This document shows positions 1 through 11,093 of a stretch of DNA of 62,000 nucleotides, piece after piece. The translations under genes were made by a program, and so were the position numbers. Under the pieces are notes generated by a model. It was not told the origin of the DNA. It did not search any database and worked only from the letters and a program-made list of their open reading frames with translations. Source of the DNA: Wallemia ichthyophaga EXF-994 (Eukaryota > Fungi > Basidiomycota); the NCBI RefSeq assembly GCF_000400465.1, contig NW_008806285.1, positions 144,001 through 206,000 on the forward strand, given 5' to 3'. How positions within the stretch are numbered: the first letter of the stretch is position 1; each line of letters begins with the position of its first letter.

Positions 1-845
1 TCGGATGAACCTGATCCCGATGAGTCAGATTCTGAAGAGCCTGAGCCTGATTCAGATTCTGAAGACTCCTCCGACTCTTGTGCTGGCTCTGGTTGCTTTT
101 CTTCTTTCTTTGGCTTGGATGTCTTGGATGCTGGAGCCGTCTCCTTCTTCTCATCCATCTTGCTAGCAGTAGCTTTTGAGGACTTTGGCTCATCCTTTGC
201 AATCTTCTTCTCCTCCTTCGTATCTTGCTTTGGTTTTTTCTCAGCTGGCTTCTTTGGAGCTGGCGTTGTTGAAAATCCTTCGTTCTCTCCTTTTTTGCGC
301 CAGAGTGCCTCCCTACCAGACTTAACGTACTCATCTCTTTGCTGCTCAAACACATCAATTGACTTTTGGTACTTTTTGTTATATTTTTCTTTTTCAGCAG
401 GATCAATTGAGTTCCACTCCTTGCCAACTTGACTCATGAATTGAGGTTGAGTTTGGGATGGATCTTTCTTGAGGCGCATGTCATTTTGGAAGAGGAGGTA
501 AGCTGAAGCAGGTCTCTTTGGAGCTTCTGGGTCCTTTAAAGGCTTCAAACTCTTCTTTGTGAGTTGAAGATCCCTGTCGTTGTCGTAGAAGATTTTCTTG
601 ATTACCCGTAATTGTGAGTCCATAGTTCTGGCTGTATTTGCGAGTGTCTCAAAGAGCGCATTTTCAAGTGGCGTATGCTCAATTGGTGGTTTCTCCTCCT
701 TTGGTGAACCATCAGCAGAGCGCTTGTTTGAGGTTTGCGGTGATTGCTTTTTGTCACTTTCATCTTGCTTAACCTCTTTAACATCCTTCTTGGAGCCCTT
801 TGGAGTTTTTGTAGGCGATTTGGTTGAGTTTGCTGCGACGGCCAT
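1..845 (-). CDS. HMG-box chromatin protein (Hmo1/Nhp6-like) with Lys-rich and acidic Ser-rich tail; 3' end runs off the window
   Basis: Open frame read manually from ATG at 845: ...KPLKDPEAPKRPASAYLLFQNDMR...FMSQVGKEWNSIDPAEKEKY..., the HMG-box PKRPxSAY/W signature. Not in the ORF track because there is no stop in the window. Confidence 0.85.
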   Translation of the reverse strand, partial: MAVAANSTKSPTKTPKGSKKDVKEVKQDESDKKQSPQTSNKRSADGSPKEEKPPIEHTPLENALFETLANTARTMDSQLRVIKKIFYDNDRDLQLTKKSLKPLKDPEAPKRPASAYLLFQNDMRLKKDPSQTQPQFMSQVGKEWNSIDPAEKEKYNKKYQKSIDVFEQQRDEYVKSGREALWRKKGENEGFSTTPAPKKPAEKKPKQDTKEEKKIAKDEPKSSKATASKMDEKKETAPASKTSKPKKEEKQPEPAQESEESSESESGSGSSESDSSGSGSS

Positions 846-1025
846 AGTAAAAATTTGATTTCCCTATTAAATTTGTAGATGGAAGTTTGTTTGAAGGGGG
901 GATGCGCGCGCGATTGAAATGTAATAGAACGGGGCGCTTCAAATTTAATAGGGAACCCCCATATTGAATGTGTAAAAATCATGAAGATGAATGATTTTTT
1001 TGAGCTTAATGAGATTTTTGGTGTT

Positions 1026-1041
1026 TGTGTGTGTGTGTGTG
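1026..1041. repeat. (TG)n microsatellite in divergent promoter region
   Basis: tgtgtgtgtgtgtgtg seen directly. Confidence 0.8.
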
Positions 1042-1439
1042 GTACTAGTGCTAGAGAATAGCAAAGCTAGAGAACTTGTTGGGCTGGCTGCAGACGTTGG
1101 TTACATCAACCCAACTAAGACAAGAAGAAATATGGAATTTAAAAGTGAAAAGAGTTTTGTGGCTTTTTATATGCCTCTACCGCTCCTTACCTCGCCTTAC
1201 TTCGCCTTTGCAAGTTAAAGTAGCGAACAATGGATTCAGCGAATGGGTTAAGAAAAGTGCTGATATTAGGTTATAAGATCAAATGAGCAGCTCAAAAGCA
1301 GATCAAGCCTTGAAATAGCAGCCTCAGATTGAGTAGCAAATTCTCGGGGTGTGTATAAAGGTTTTACCCTCTTGGACCTCAACACCCACCAACACTCATC
1401 AACACTCATCACAAGCAGAGAGATTGCAAGGTGCTCAAT

Positions 1440-4040
1440 ATGATGAGCGATGATAAAACTGAGTTTAATCAAATATTAGAAACGAACCCAGAATTCATAA
1501 ATTGGGCAAAGGTTAGTGATGCTTTGTGGCACGTGACCAATGGCTCAGGCGAGTTAAAGAAGGAAGCTATGTATCATCCACCAGATCAATCAGAATCTGT
1601 GTCGAAATACATTGAGAGACGCCTGGTTGAGAGGGGCTGGCCGAATGAGATTGAGCAGATACTTGTTCTAATTAGAGATGAATCTAATGGTCAGTTGATT
1701 TTACTATGGCGTTGTTTGATAAATGAATGTTTTCTTTGTGTATTAGTTCAACCAATCAGCGTACGCCATTTGATTCAAAGAGCAATTTACTGACGAATTC
1801 TACAGCAACAGTAACAGCAACAGTACATGATAATAATGAAAATTCAAGTAATCCGTAAGTACCAATTTCTACTCATAATTGAATGCCTGACTCACATCGC
1901 TTACTCATCAAGTAGCAAATCAAATACACCTAATCACACAGGATTAACAGAGGAACAGGAGGAATATAATATTATTACTGCCAAAGTCTATGACTCTATA
2001 AAGCAATTACCCCACAATCCCGTGCAAATTGCAAACACGATAATTAACTGCATCTTTAACGCAGTCTTTGAAGCTGATTCTAAAATCAGAATTCTGGCTT
2101 TGGAGGCTGCAAATAATGATCAGCTTGATATTCGCACTGAAAGTGAATACATAGATGTCTGGTCCGGCAATAAGAAAGCCATTAAATTATTGTCTGGCTG
2201 GTTTAAAGATGCTTGCTCGACACACAAATCTGATATTGAAGAATGGAAGCCAACTCAGCTCCCTTTATTGTTGGTGAGTTTCTCTTCAAATTCCACTCTA
2301 AACCACCCAACTAACGTGAACCAGTTCCTGACTAAAATTAACTTTGAAACCGAGAAAATTAAACAAGAAGATTTCTTAAGTCTCGTTAAAGTGTTGTGTG
2401 CTTCACCTGACCCAAGTATGCTATCGTCTTTTTGTGAGAAATGTCTTTGACAAGCCACAGATGTTGCAGAAGCAGCCAGGAACTTGGAGCACAAGTGGAC
2501 CCAGCAGGTGTCACCGCCGCTACCACAGGGAAGAAGCTCAAGGTCGAGTTCCAAGCGCTCGATCGAGACAGCCAACGATGGTGGGTGAAGGGTGGATGAA
2601 AATTTTCTCAACTAACTCGAGCCTCGTAGAATCATCCAAGAAGGTGAAAGTGGAAGGAAAGCCACCGGCCACTCTCTTTCCCAGTGCCAAGTCTACAATA
2701 TCGAAGCTGCCGTCCTTCAAAAAGGCACCCAAGGTGCAGGAGATACCAGGAGTACATACGCAAGCGCCAGCGCAAGAAGGGAAGAGTAGTACACGTGCAT
2801 CTCCTCAACAAGCGCCGCCATCTGCAGCAGCCAGCAGAGCGACACCAGTGAACAAACAAAACCCATTCGCCGATTCGCTGGCCATGATGAGTCAAGAGCA
2901 CCAGAAGAAGCGCCCAACATTCAACGACCACCCGGCCAGGCCACCGCCAGGACAGCGGGAACAGCGAGAGCAAGAGAAGCGCGCGGCGGAGTCGGCAGCG
3001 GATAGTGCGAAGAAGGCCAACAGTAAATCCGTACGATGGATGCCTGAGCGTGAGCTAGTCAGTGTGAGGTGGATCGAGAGCCGTGCGGAGCAAGATGACG
3101 TGAGTAGTTTGTGGAATGTGCTATTATCGGGTATGCTGACGCAGCGCAGCACCACGAACACCTCGGCGACGCTAAGCAACTCGAAGTAGACGAGGGAGCT
3201 ATGCTTAAGAAACATATCACGTCTGTCGACGAAGATCAACCAGAGGAGTATGACATTCAGGGACAAGCGGGTAATCAAGCGCAGACGTACGCACAATCAC
3301 AATCACTACCACACCAAACACCCCCTTCTACACCTCAAAAGCGCACCAAAGATATCAGACAGTGGTTCGAGCCGTATATCTGCGAGAGAAATCTGGATGA
3401 CCAGGCAGAATTAACGTCATCCGAGAAAGAAGTACAGGAGCAGAGAGAAGCGACGACGATAATGGCTACATATCTCACAGAAGATCAAATACCATTCACA
3501 CCAGCAGAGCCCAAGAGGGTGCTTGATTCGAGGAATGACGATGGAAAAACAACAGTGATGATAAAGTCAGACACAGCAGATGAAGCTCCGCCAGTAGCTG
3601 GTGGAATTAGTGCACCTTTAAATAGTATACCACCCACACAATTTGGTTCTTCATTCGGCTCAATACCTCCAACGAACAGCATCCAGCCTGAGCAGCAGAT
3701 GATGCTCCATAATATACTAACAGGTAATACGAATGCGGGTGGATTGCCTAATTTCTCCGCTTATGACCTCCCGCCTAAGTCCAAGGCGTTTTATCAGCAT
3801 GGGGAGAGGGAGAGGAAGGGCAGTGGAAGTTATGGAGGTGGCTATGGAGGTGGATATAGCGGCGGCTATGGCGGTGGCTACGGTACCAACTACAGCGCTA
3901 ATCACAGCCCCGACAGCAGTCTCAACATTGGCTCAAATGGCTCAAACAACTACTACCAAAAACCAAAATACGAATGTAAATTCTACAGACAGGGAAACTG
4001 TACCAAGGGGAGTAGGTGTACGTTCAAGCATTCAGCATAG
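1440..4040 (+). CDS. PNUTS/PPP1R10 (Ppn1)-like PP1 regulatory subunit with C-terminal CCCH zinc finger; multi-exon
   Basis: RVxF-type PP1 docking motif KSVRW (3025-3039) followed by ELVSVRWIE; helical TFIIS-N-like region; GGY repeats; terminal CKFYRQGNCTKGSRCTFKH. Confidence 0.7.
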
Positions 4041-4119
4041 CATTTTCACTCTTTTTTGTAACACCTTGTGTATTTTTACAGTTATTATCCTATTAGGGAT
4101 GAAAATTGATATAAAGACC

Positions 4120-6265
4120 CTACTTAGACGCCAGCTTGCTGCCGATAAAGGCGACGAGGACGGCTGAGCCAGCAAAGGCGATGGCGGCGGGGAGGAGAAG
4201 GTCTCTGGGTATTCCAAGTACATCAGCGTCTGTGTGACCCTTTGAAGAAGCGGGTGATTTGTTTGTGTGCTCCTCTACAGGCACGCTCGTATGAGCCTCG
4301 TGAGGAAGCTTTTCCTCCACCTCCCTCTCACCATTCTTCTCAATCTCCTCGACGTCCCTGACGCACTGTGACTGGTGGATGTTCTCGTCCCTCACGACCA
4401 CCGCCGGCGTCTCGTCCGTTGGCTTGACTACCTCGACCGCCTCCCAACCCCTGCCACCGTTGACAATGAGGAGGACGCGCGACTGGCGTTTCTTTTGCGC
4501 GACAACGACGGCGTCTTTAACATCGGAATCAGCGTCGAGCACGACGTGATCGCCGTCATCATCCTCGTAGAGCAGGGCGAAGTCGTACGGATCGGGCATG
4601 TCGAGGTCGTGTACAGGTGTTGATTCCACGTGTTGCGAGAAAAACGGATCAGTGGATAGCTTGGAAGGGGGTTTTGTGTCAGTGTGAAATGTTTTTCCGT
4701 AATCCTCCACTCACCTTGCCTGCTACTATATCGCGCAGATGCTCCAGCGATAGTGTAGGCGACTCGAAGCGATGGATGCGCTGGGATGGGCTGACGAACT
4801 TGAACACTGCGACTTGAGCATGTTCATCGGTGGCTTGAGCGTTGCTACCCGTAACAGCCTCTGACTCCATAAGGGACGTATTGAGTCCGACCTGGGATGT
4901 CTCCTCATGGTCGACGACCGACGCTGAGTCGTTAGGGTGGAGTTCGCTATCATTGCGCCCGTTGGGTGAACCCACATCGCGGGAGCCAGAAACAGCTGAC
5001 TCTGCATCATCGGGAGCTGCGGCGAGCGTGCCGAAAAACTTGCCCCACATAGGACCACCCTCCTCTTGCTCCGCGCCGCCATCCTCTGCCGACATGGCGT
5101 TGATCTGCTCAAGAATTGCGTAGGTGAGTTTGAGGACGTCGACAATAGCCACCAGTCTGCCCTCGTCGACGACAGGCATATTGAGATAGTGGCCTGCGTA
5201 CATCTTGCGCAGAGCCTCTTGAATTGTCATGCTAGGTGGAGCTCTGTCGGGATGAGGAGTCATGACGCGCACGACGCTGCAGCGATCAGGCTGCAAACCC
5301 GCAGCAATCACCCTAAGCACGACGTCTTTCGAGGTGAATATACCAGCTATTTTGGCCTGCTCGCCTCCAACACCCGTGTCCATTACGCAGACGGCCGTCG
5401 TGCGGTGCTGCTTCATGATGCGCGCCGCCTCGCGCACGCTCGTACGCACGGAAACGGTGGCAGGGTGGGTGCGAGCGTCGAGCACAGAGTGCAGCTCAGG
5501 AAGGGCCATACGGTCGCGCAAGGCGTCTACGTAGTTCATCATAGCGGACGCCTGGCGCGTGTGCGTGTTGCCCCCGAGCTCGTTCTGCACGCCTTCCAGC
5601 GCCGTGTATAGCTTCTGCGACGCGCCGTAACCTCGCTCGATCTTGTCGAGGGCCTCGTTGAACACACGCGTAATGTCGAGCAGCCCCACTACATCCCCGT
5701 CATCGTTGCATACGGGTAGGTGACGGAAGGCGCGCGACACCATCAACTGGAGAGCATCAGTGGCGCTGGAGGAGTCACGCGTGACGAGCGGGTTGGGCGT
5801 CATGATTTGCGAGACGGGTGTGTGGCGCGTGTCCATGTTCTCGGCTACCACCCTGAATGCTAGATCCTTGGCGGTGAAGATGCCGCAAAGCGACTCGTCA
5901 TCGTCTACGACTAGGACACAGTCGGTACGCTTGGCAGCACAGAGCTGGGAGGCGTCGGCGACTGAGATGGAGTCGGGGACAGTGAGAGCAGGGGAAGGCT
6001 TGAGGGCGGCGACAGAGCCTGGCTGCTTCTGGTTGCGCTTGGGCTGTCTACTGGAATGCTTTCTGTTGGAGTGGGTGGACTGGGTGGAGCCAGGGCGCTT
6101 CTTGCCCAACTCAGTCTCGATCTTGCGCCTGAGAGCCTCGTCTTTCTGCGTGTTGCGCTTTCTGCGGTTGTCTGGAAGTGGAGATGGGGAATCAGACATG
6201 GCTGGAGATGGTGAGAGTGGTCTGGAGGAGAGGGATGAAGGGTTGCGCTGGGGGATGCGTGACAT
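4120..6265 (-). CDS. CBS-domain + PB1-domain protein with C-terminal TM helix (S. pombe Mug70-like)
   Basis: Four CBS repeats (GIFTAKDLAFRVV, RHLPV, GIFTSKDVVLRV, YLNMPVV), PB1 (FKFVSPSQRIHRF...LLYEDDDGDHV) across one intron near 4700, hydrophobic C-terminal helix. Confidence 0.85.
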
Positions 6266-6348
6266 GTTAAAATTTAGATGATGGTGGTTTGAACGGAGGA
6301 ATATCACTGGCCATCTCGAGCATCTCCCAGCACACACGACTCTCACCG

Positions 6349-6369
6349 CGACGACGACGACGACGACGA
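6349..6369 (+). repeat. (CGA)7 microsatellite running into the MRPL38 ATG
   Basis: cgacgacgacgacgacgacga-tg seen directly. Confidence 0.85.
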
Positions 6370-6881
6370 TGCTCGGATTGAAATCGACGATGAATGTGGG
6401 GCGTGCGTGCTAGAATATAAACAGGGCTAACGACACACACAAGATAATAGACAACTCAGGCGCTCTGGTTGCAGAAGTCATCAACGTCCTCAAAGTCAAG
6501 TCTGGCAGTGGCATTGGCAGCGTCGGGGATGAGTGCGTGGTGGTCATCCAATCAGCCAAACCGATCCCCGCGAATCTCAACATATCTGCAAATTCACCTG
6601 CAGCAGCCAACAAGATCAGGAAGGGCGATATACGCAGAGCTGTGATTGTACGCACAAAGCAGCAGATTAGAAGACCAGATGGCCGCTTTGTCAGGTTCGA
6701 CGACAACGCAGGTGTTCTCATAAACCCTAAGAAGGAGCTTCTCGGCTCTAGGATCTCAGGCGTAATTGCTAACGAGGTGAGGCAGAAGGGCTGGGGGAAG
6801 ATTGCGTCTGTTGCGCCCAAGGTGAGTGTGGTGTAGATTACATGATGATTAGACTAACACTCGGAACCACAGCTACTCTAG
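6369..6881 (+). CDS. MRPL38: Mitochondrial ribosomal protein uL14m
   Basis: [24 protein letters not shown]...RAVIVRTK...[16 protein letters not shown]...[13 protein letters not shown], uL14 signature; two introns. Confidence 0.92.
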
Positions 6882-6918
6882 TAAGGCATTGCAATATGTA
6901 TTTATAGATAATCATTCA

Positions 6919-8375
6919 TTATTCCTCATATCTGGCCACTCGATACACACGCATAGTCTCTTTGGCTCCTTTTGAGTGTTTGTTAACCAGTCCATCGAAA
7001 GCCCGCGTTGAATCCTTGATGCGCTTACCCGTCGCGCTGATACTCCACTCCGTCAGTATCCCCCGTCCACCAGGATGTGAGTCAGCGTAAGGCGTAGCGT
7101 CAACGATGAATCCATCGATCAGCAGCAGTAGCTGTTTTCCACCTTGTCCAGCATGTTCTCCGCTAGCCCTCGCCCTTTCTCTCACCTCACCAGCACCCCA
7201 CACGGGCAACTCGCTCTCGCTTCTCGCAACATTCTCCTTAGGTATCCTCTCATGCAGCCTGCTCGCCTCGAGCGACAGCATACCCGCCTTAGCTTTGAGG
7301 TAGTCTGTGTCAGTGATGCGATGCAGATACGGGATCTGGTTGGTGAGTGCGTGGAGCAAGTGCAGCACCCAAGCGCTCGGATCCCAATCGCCACGCGCCG
7401 GTCCGTTCCTATAATCGTGCGGGAATGCGTGGTGGAAATTGTGGTTGCCCTCGCCCGACGTGCACAGCGCGATGAAAAGCGTCCCCCGACTGCTATTTTC
7501 CTCGCTATAGGGCTGATCGCCGATGTAGTGCGCGAGCGAGTTGATCATCTGGAGTGCGAGTGTGAGTGTGAGTATGAGTATCGTGGCTACTATCTACTCA
7601 CAAAAGTGCAGTGCCAAATAAGCAGTCGTGCGACCAGACCACCCCACACGAATCCGCCGAGCGCATCGCCCCACTGCCGAGCCGCCACGGCGGGCAGGAG
7701 GAGACCGGCGGTGAGAGCGATGGGTATGTAATGGCGATGCTGGAATCGGACTACGGGATCGCTCTCCAAGTCACCCTTGTCGATCATCTTCATACGCGGA
7801 TACGCGCGTTTGTAGTAAATCCACCCGCAGTGACTCCAGAACAACCCCAGCTGCGCAGAGTACGGATCGTGGACGGGATCGTCGGTGAAGCGGTGGTGTA
7901 GCCGATGACGCACCACCCACCTTATGTAATGTAATTAGAAGGCGCGTTGGTTTATACACAGCGCACAGCTTACTCACCACTTTATACTCCCTTGGAAACC
8001 AAGTGAGCCCATGAAAGCCAGCGCTGTCCGTAGCGGTAGACGCGCTGTATACGCCTTGTGACTCCATAACCGGTGGTAACCCAGTGTGATGCTGGGGATA
8101 GCGTGAGTGAGATATTTGACACCACTAATACACCCCAACCCACCCAAACGAAGCCAGCTGCCAGGATGCTACACACAGCGCAAGCGTGTAAGTGTGCAGA
8201 TCGCGCCAGGGTGATAGAACCACTGCGCCATACACAGCAGCCACGTGCATCCCCGTAAAGAATATGGCGTTCGACCTGCGATATGGTTATTCATCTGTTG
8301 CCACTATCACAGACCAACTGACCACCATATTTCATCTTTGGGGACTCTTTGGGGTGTTGTGGCTGTTGATGACAT
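6919..8375 (-). CDS. OLE1: Delta-9 acyl-CoA desaturase with fused C-terminal cytochrome b5
   Basis: Three His boxes (GYHRLWSH, HRLHHR, GEGNHNFHH) and b5 heme motif HPGG; about 4 introns; start MSSTATTPQRVPKDEIWW reconstructed manually. Confidence 0.92.
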
Positions 8376-9269
8376 TTGCCTTGCTTTATTTTGCTGCTTG
8401 TTCTCTTTGCCGTCCCTCTGAGTGAGATTACTGCCGTGGCCGTGTTTTTTCAAGTGGGCTGGTTATCTGATGCGCGATGAGGAGATGGTTATGGATTTAA
8501 CCGGTGGATATGTGCCGTGAGTTATCTTAGCCGTCTCAGCATACAACCAACACTAATGCGCTCTCATGCATCTCACTGCCGCCCACGATTCGAGACACTC
8601 GGTCGCTATTGACGTCGTTTGGGTGGCCGATAACGGAGTGTATATCGGAGTAGTACATACGCATGTCATATAGTTATATTTTAAAATGACACAGGCCATC
8701 GATTAGGTTCGACTGCACTTGGCCGACAGCTGGCGTGAAGCGGGGGAGCAGGAGTAGTGGGCAGTGAGTCTGTTGGCGTAATTGTTATTTTAGCTGTAGC
8801 TGTGTGTAGCGCACCTGTATCGCACCTATTCCATATATATCCAAACGCACAGTGCCTGCGTCATGTAACTTGCCAGGGCTCGTGCGAGATACGGCGGAGA
8901 AGGGGAGCGTAAATGGGGGCGTGACCAGTGAGCTACCAAAGCGAATCACAACTCCTAAACCACCCGAAGTAAAACCAATCCGGCGAAACACAATCTGGAT
9001 GAAATTGCAACCGAGACTGTATGATGTGTTTGTTTTACAAGTACATGAGGTGGAAGCAATTACTGGGTTGTATTAATGTCGTATATGCTATATGGCAGCT
9101 AGCAGCACTTGCCCACACGGCCACTGGGCATTACTAGGCCAATTGGTACACGCTCAGTTGGCCGACGGCGAAGACATTTGCGTGCCATGGTGGAGACATA
9201 GCTATCTTGTAGACATCCAACACACTGGGTGATCACACCGTTCACAACACTAATTATACTGATATCACA

Positions 9270-10826
9270 ATGTCCACTACTACACAACCCAGTCTACTGT
9301 CTGTGCACCTTCGCAGGGCGGGTGTGGGTACAAACAATAGGCCGGATAGAGACAGCAAGGCAGTCCAAGACAAGGTCGATGCAAGCAACGCAGATACAGC
9401 GTTTATATCACTCCCAGCTGTTTTTGAGGACGAACCAGAGTTTCCAGCGCAGGCTGACGGAGAGCACAGGGATTATACTCCACTCAGCTCACCTCCTACC
9501 ACGCCGCATCTCAGTTTCATTATTTCAAAGCCACGCTCTGCACCCAGCGATCAGTCTGGTAGGCTGGCCAGCCAACAGTCATCCACCACACCGCCGGAAC
9601 ATATTCATCATAGTAAACCACCCACTGTCTGGTGTCACAGACTCAACAGCCAGAAGGACCACGCAAGCGACCATCACCCCAAGTCTGAGTCTAATAAGTT
9701 GTACAATCTGTTGAGATCCTTCTCAGTATCGTCTATGCCAGCGCTGTCGACGTCAGCGACGACAGCCAACACAGCCACCACGCTGATAGAGCCATCGACG
9801 CCACCATGTGCGCAGACTTGGCAGAGGAGGAAGGTAAGTGATGTTTGAGTTTAATGCGATGACGTCAAATTAACACACACGCAGTCATCAAACAGCTCCC
9901 TGCCCTCCCTGCCCTCACTGTCCTCCTTCTCAACAACAACTGCGCCGCCCACGGCCACGCCCAAAGCGGCCCAGTCCACGCTCGTTGACACGACGAGCGC
10001 CACCGCGCAGATGATCAAGTACGATGCGCAAGTCGAGCGAAAGCGGATGAGTTTGAGTGACGACGCGGAGGAGATGCGCCGGAGAAACACGCTATGGCGA
10101 CGCATAGGCGGATACGTGGTAGACACGCATAGTCAAACGCACACGGACAGCGCCGCACTCCTCAACAGTCAGATACGGCAAGAGGAACGTTTTCCCGATA
10201 GCCTGACGGAGCGACTGCGTAACGTCAAGGCACGCTGGTCACTCTCTATCTCGGAAGCACGCTCCGAGGGTCGCGCGCAGGCCGTTGCGCTGCTCAGAGA
10301 TGCTCGCATTCTCTACCGCGAAATGAAGATTGAGGGTAGTGGTGGGGTGCTGGACGGTGATGTATTTCACTCTTACTCTCCCTCACCCTCTCAATCTACA
10401 GCTACTAAATCTCCCCGCTGCGATCACTGCTGCGCCCTCCATAGCGGAGGTCCTTACGAATGCGACCTTAATCGTCAGATCCGCGCTGGGCGCGCACACG
10501 AACGCGAGAAGAGACGCATTAAGTCGTGGATCGAATTGCACCTCACCGCTCTTAAACTCAACGTTGGCAACTGGGATAAGATCAATTGCCCTCATCCTCT
10601 CTCCCACATCAAGAAATTCGAATACGGCGCTGACCTCTGCACATCCTCGGGTCTCTCTTCCAAGTCATGGCTAGAAATACAGGGCGACACGGACAGAGAG
10701 AGGAACGAAGCCCTGTTAGAGTCGCGCGAATTCGACTTTTGCCTCGAGTATCTTGCCCATTTCCACAGACACCAGATGAAAAAGAAGAAAAACACGTCTA
10801 GCTATAGACCACGTTCTTCTATTTAG
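9270..10826 (+). CDS. Hypothetical protein; S/T/P-rich N-half and Cys/His-containing C-half
   Basis: ORFs 9270-9848 and 10011-10826 join via a GTAAGT...GCAG intron (~9833-9883) in an open frame; no family recognised; 3' end uncertain. Confidence 0.55.
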
Positions 10827-11093
10827 CACTTTTTAACTATTTATTTTTACTCAATCACTCTTTCTCTCTCTCCAGCTGCTCAATCTACATTACGATCTTC
10901 ACGACCACCGAAAGCCATCTAATTCAGCCCGATTGGCTCTCGCTGCTTGTTCTACTAAACATGTTCTCTACTAATTATGCGTGTAATCTGCTATTTATTA
11001 TCTTCATGATTTATGCTTACAATGATGCTATATATGCCGCTGGTATACTGTGCTTAGACTACTTACTCACCCATACCCCACCACATCAACTCC

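Noticed and set aside
4842-6281. Several long plus-strand ORFs (4842-5123, 5066-5611, 5760-6281)
   Set aside because: Antisense shadows of the GC-rich CBS/PB1 gene; no motifs, non-ATG starts
7545-7590. gagtgc/gagtgt/gagtat hexamer array (ECECECEYEY in a shadow ORF)
   Set aside because: Simple repeat inside an OLE1 intron; the peptide is on the non-coding strand
8700-8760. GGTTCGACT resembling a tRNA T-loop
   Set aside because: Flanks do not form a T-stem and no cloverleaf could be built
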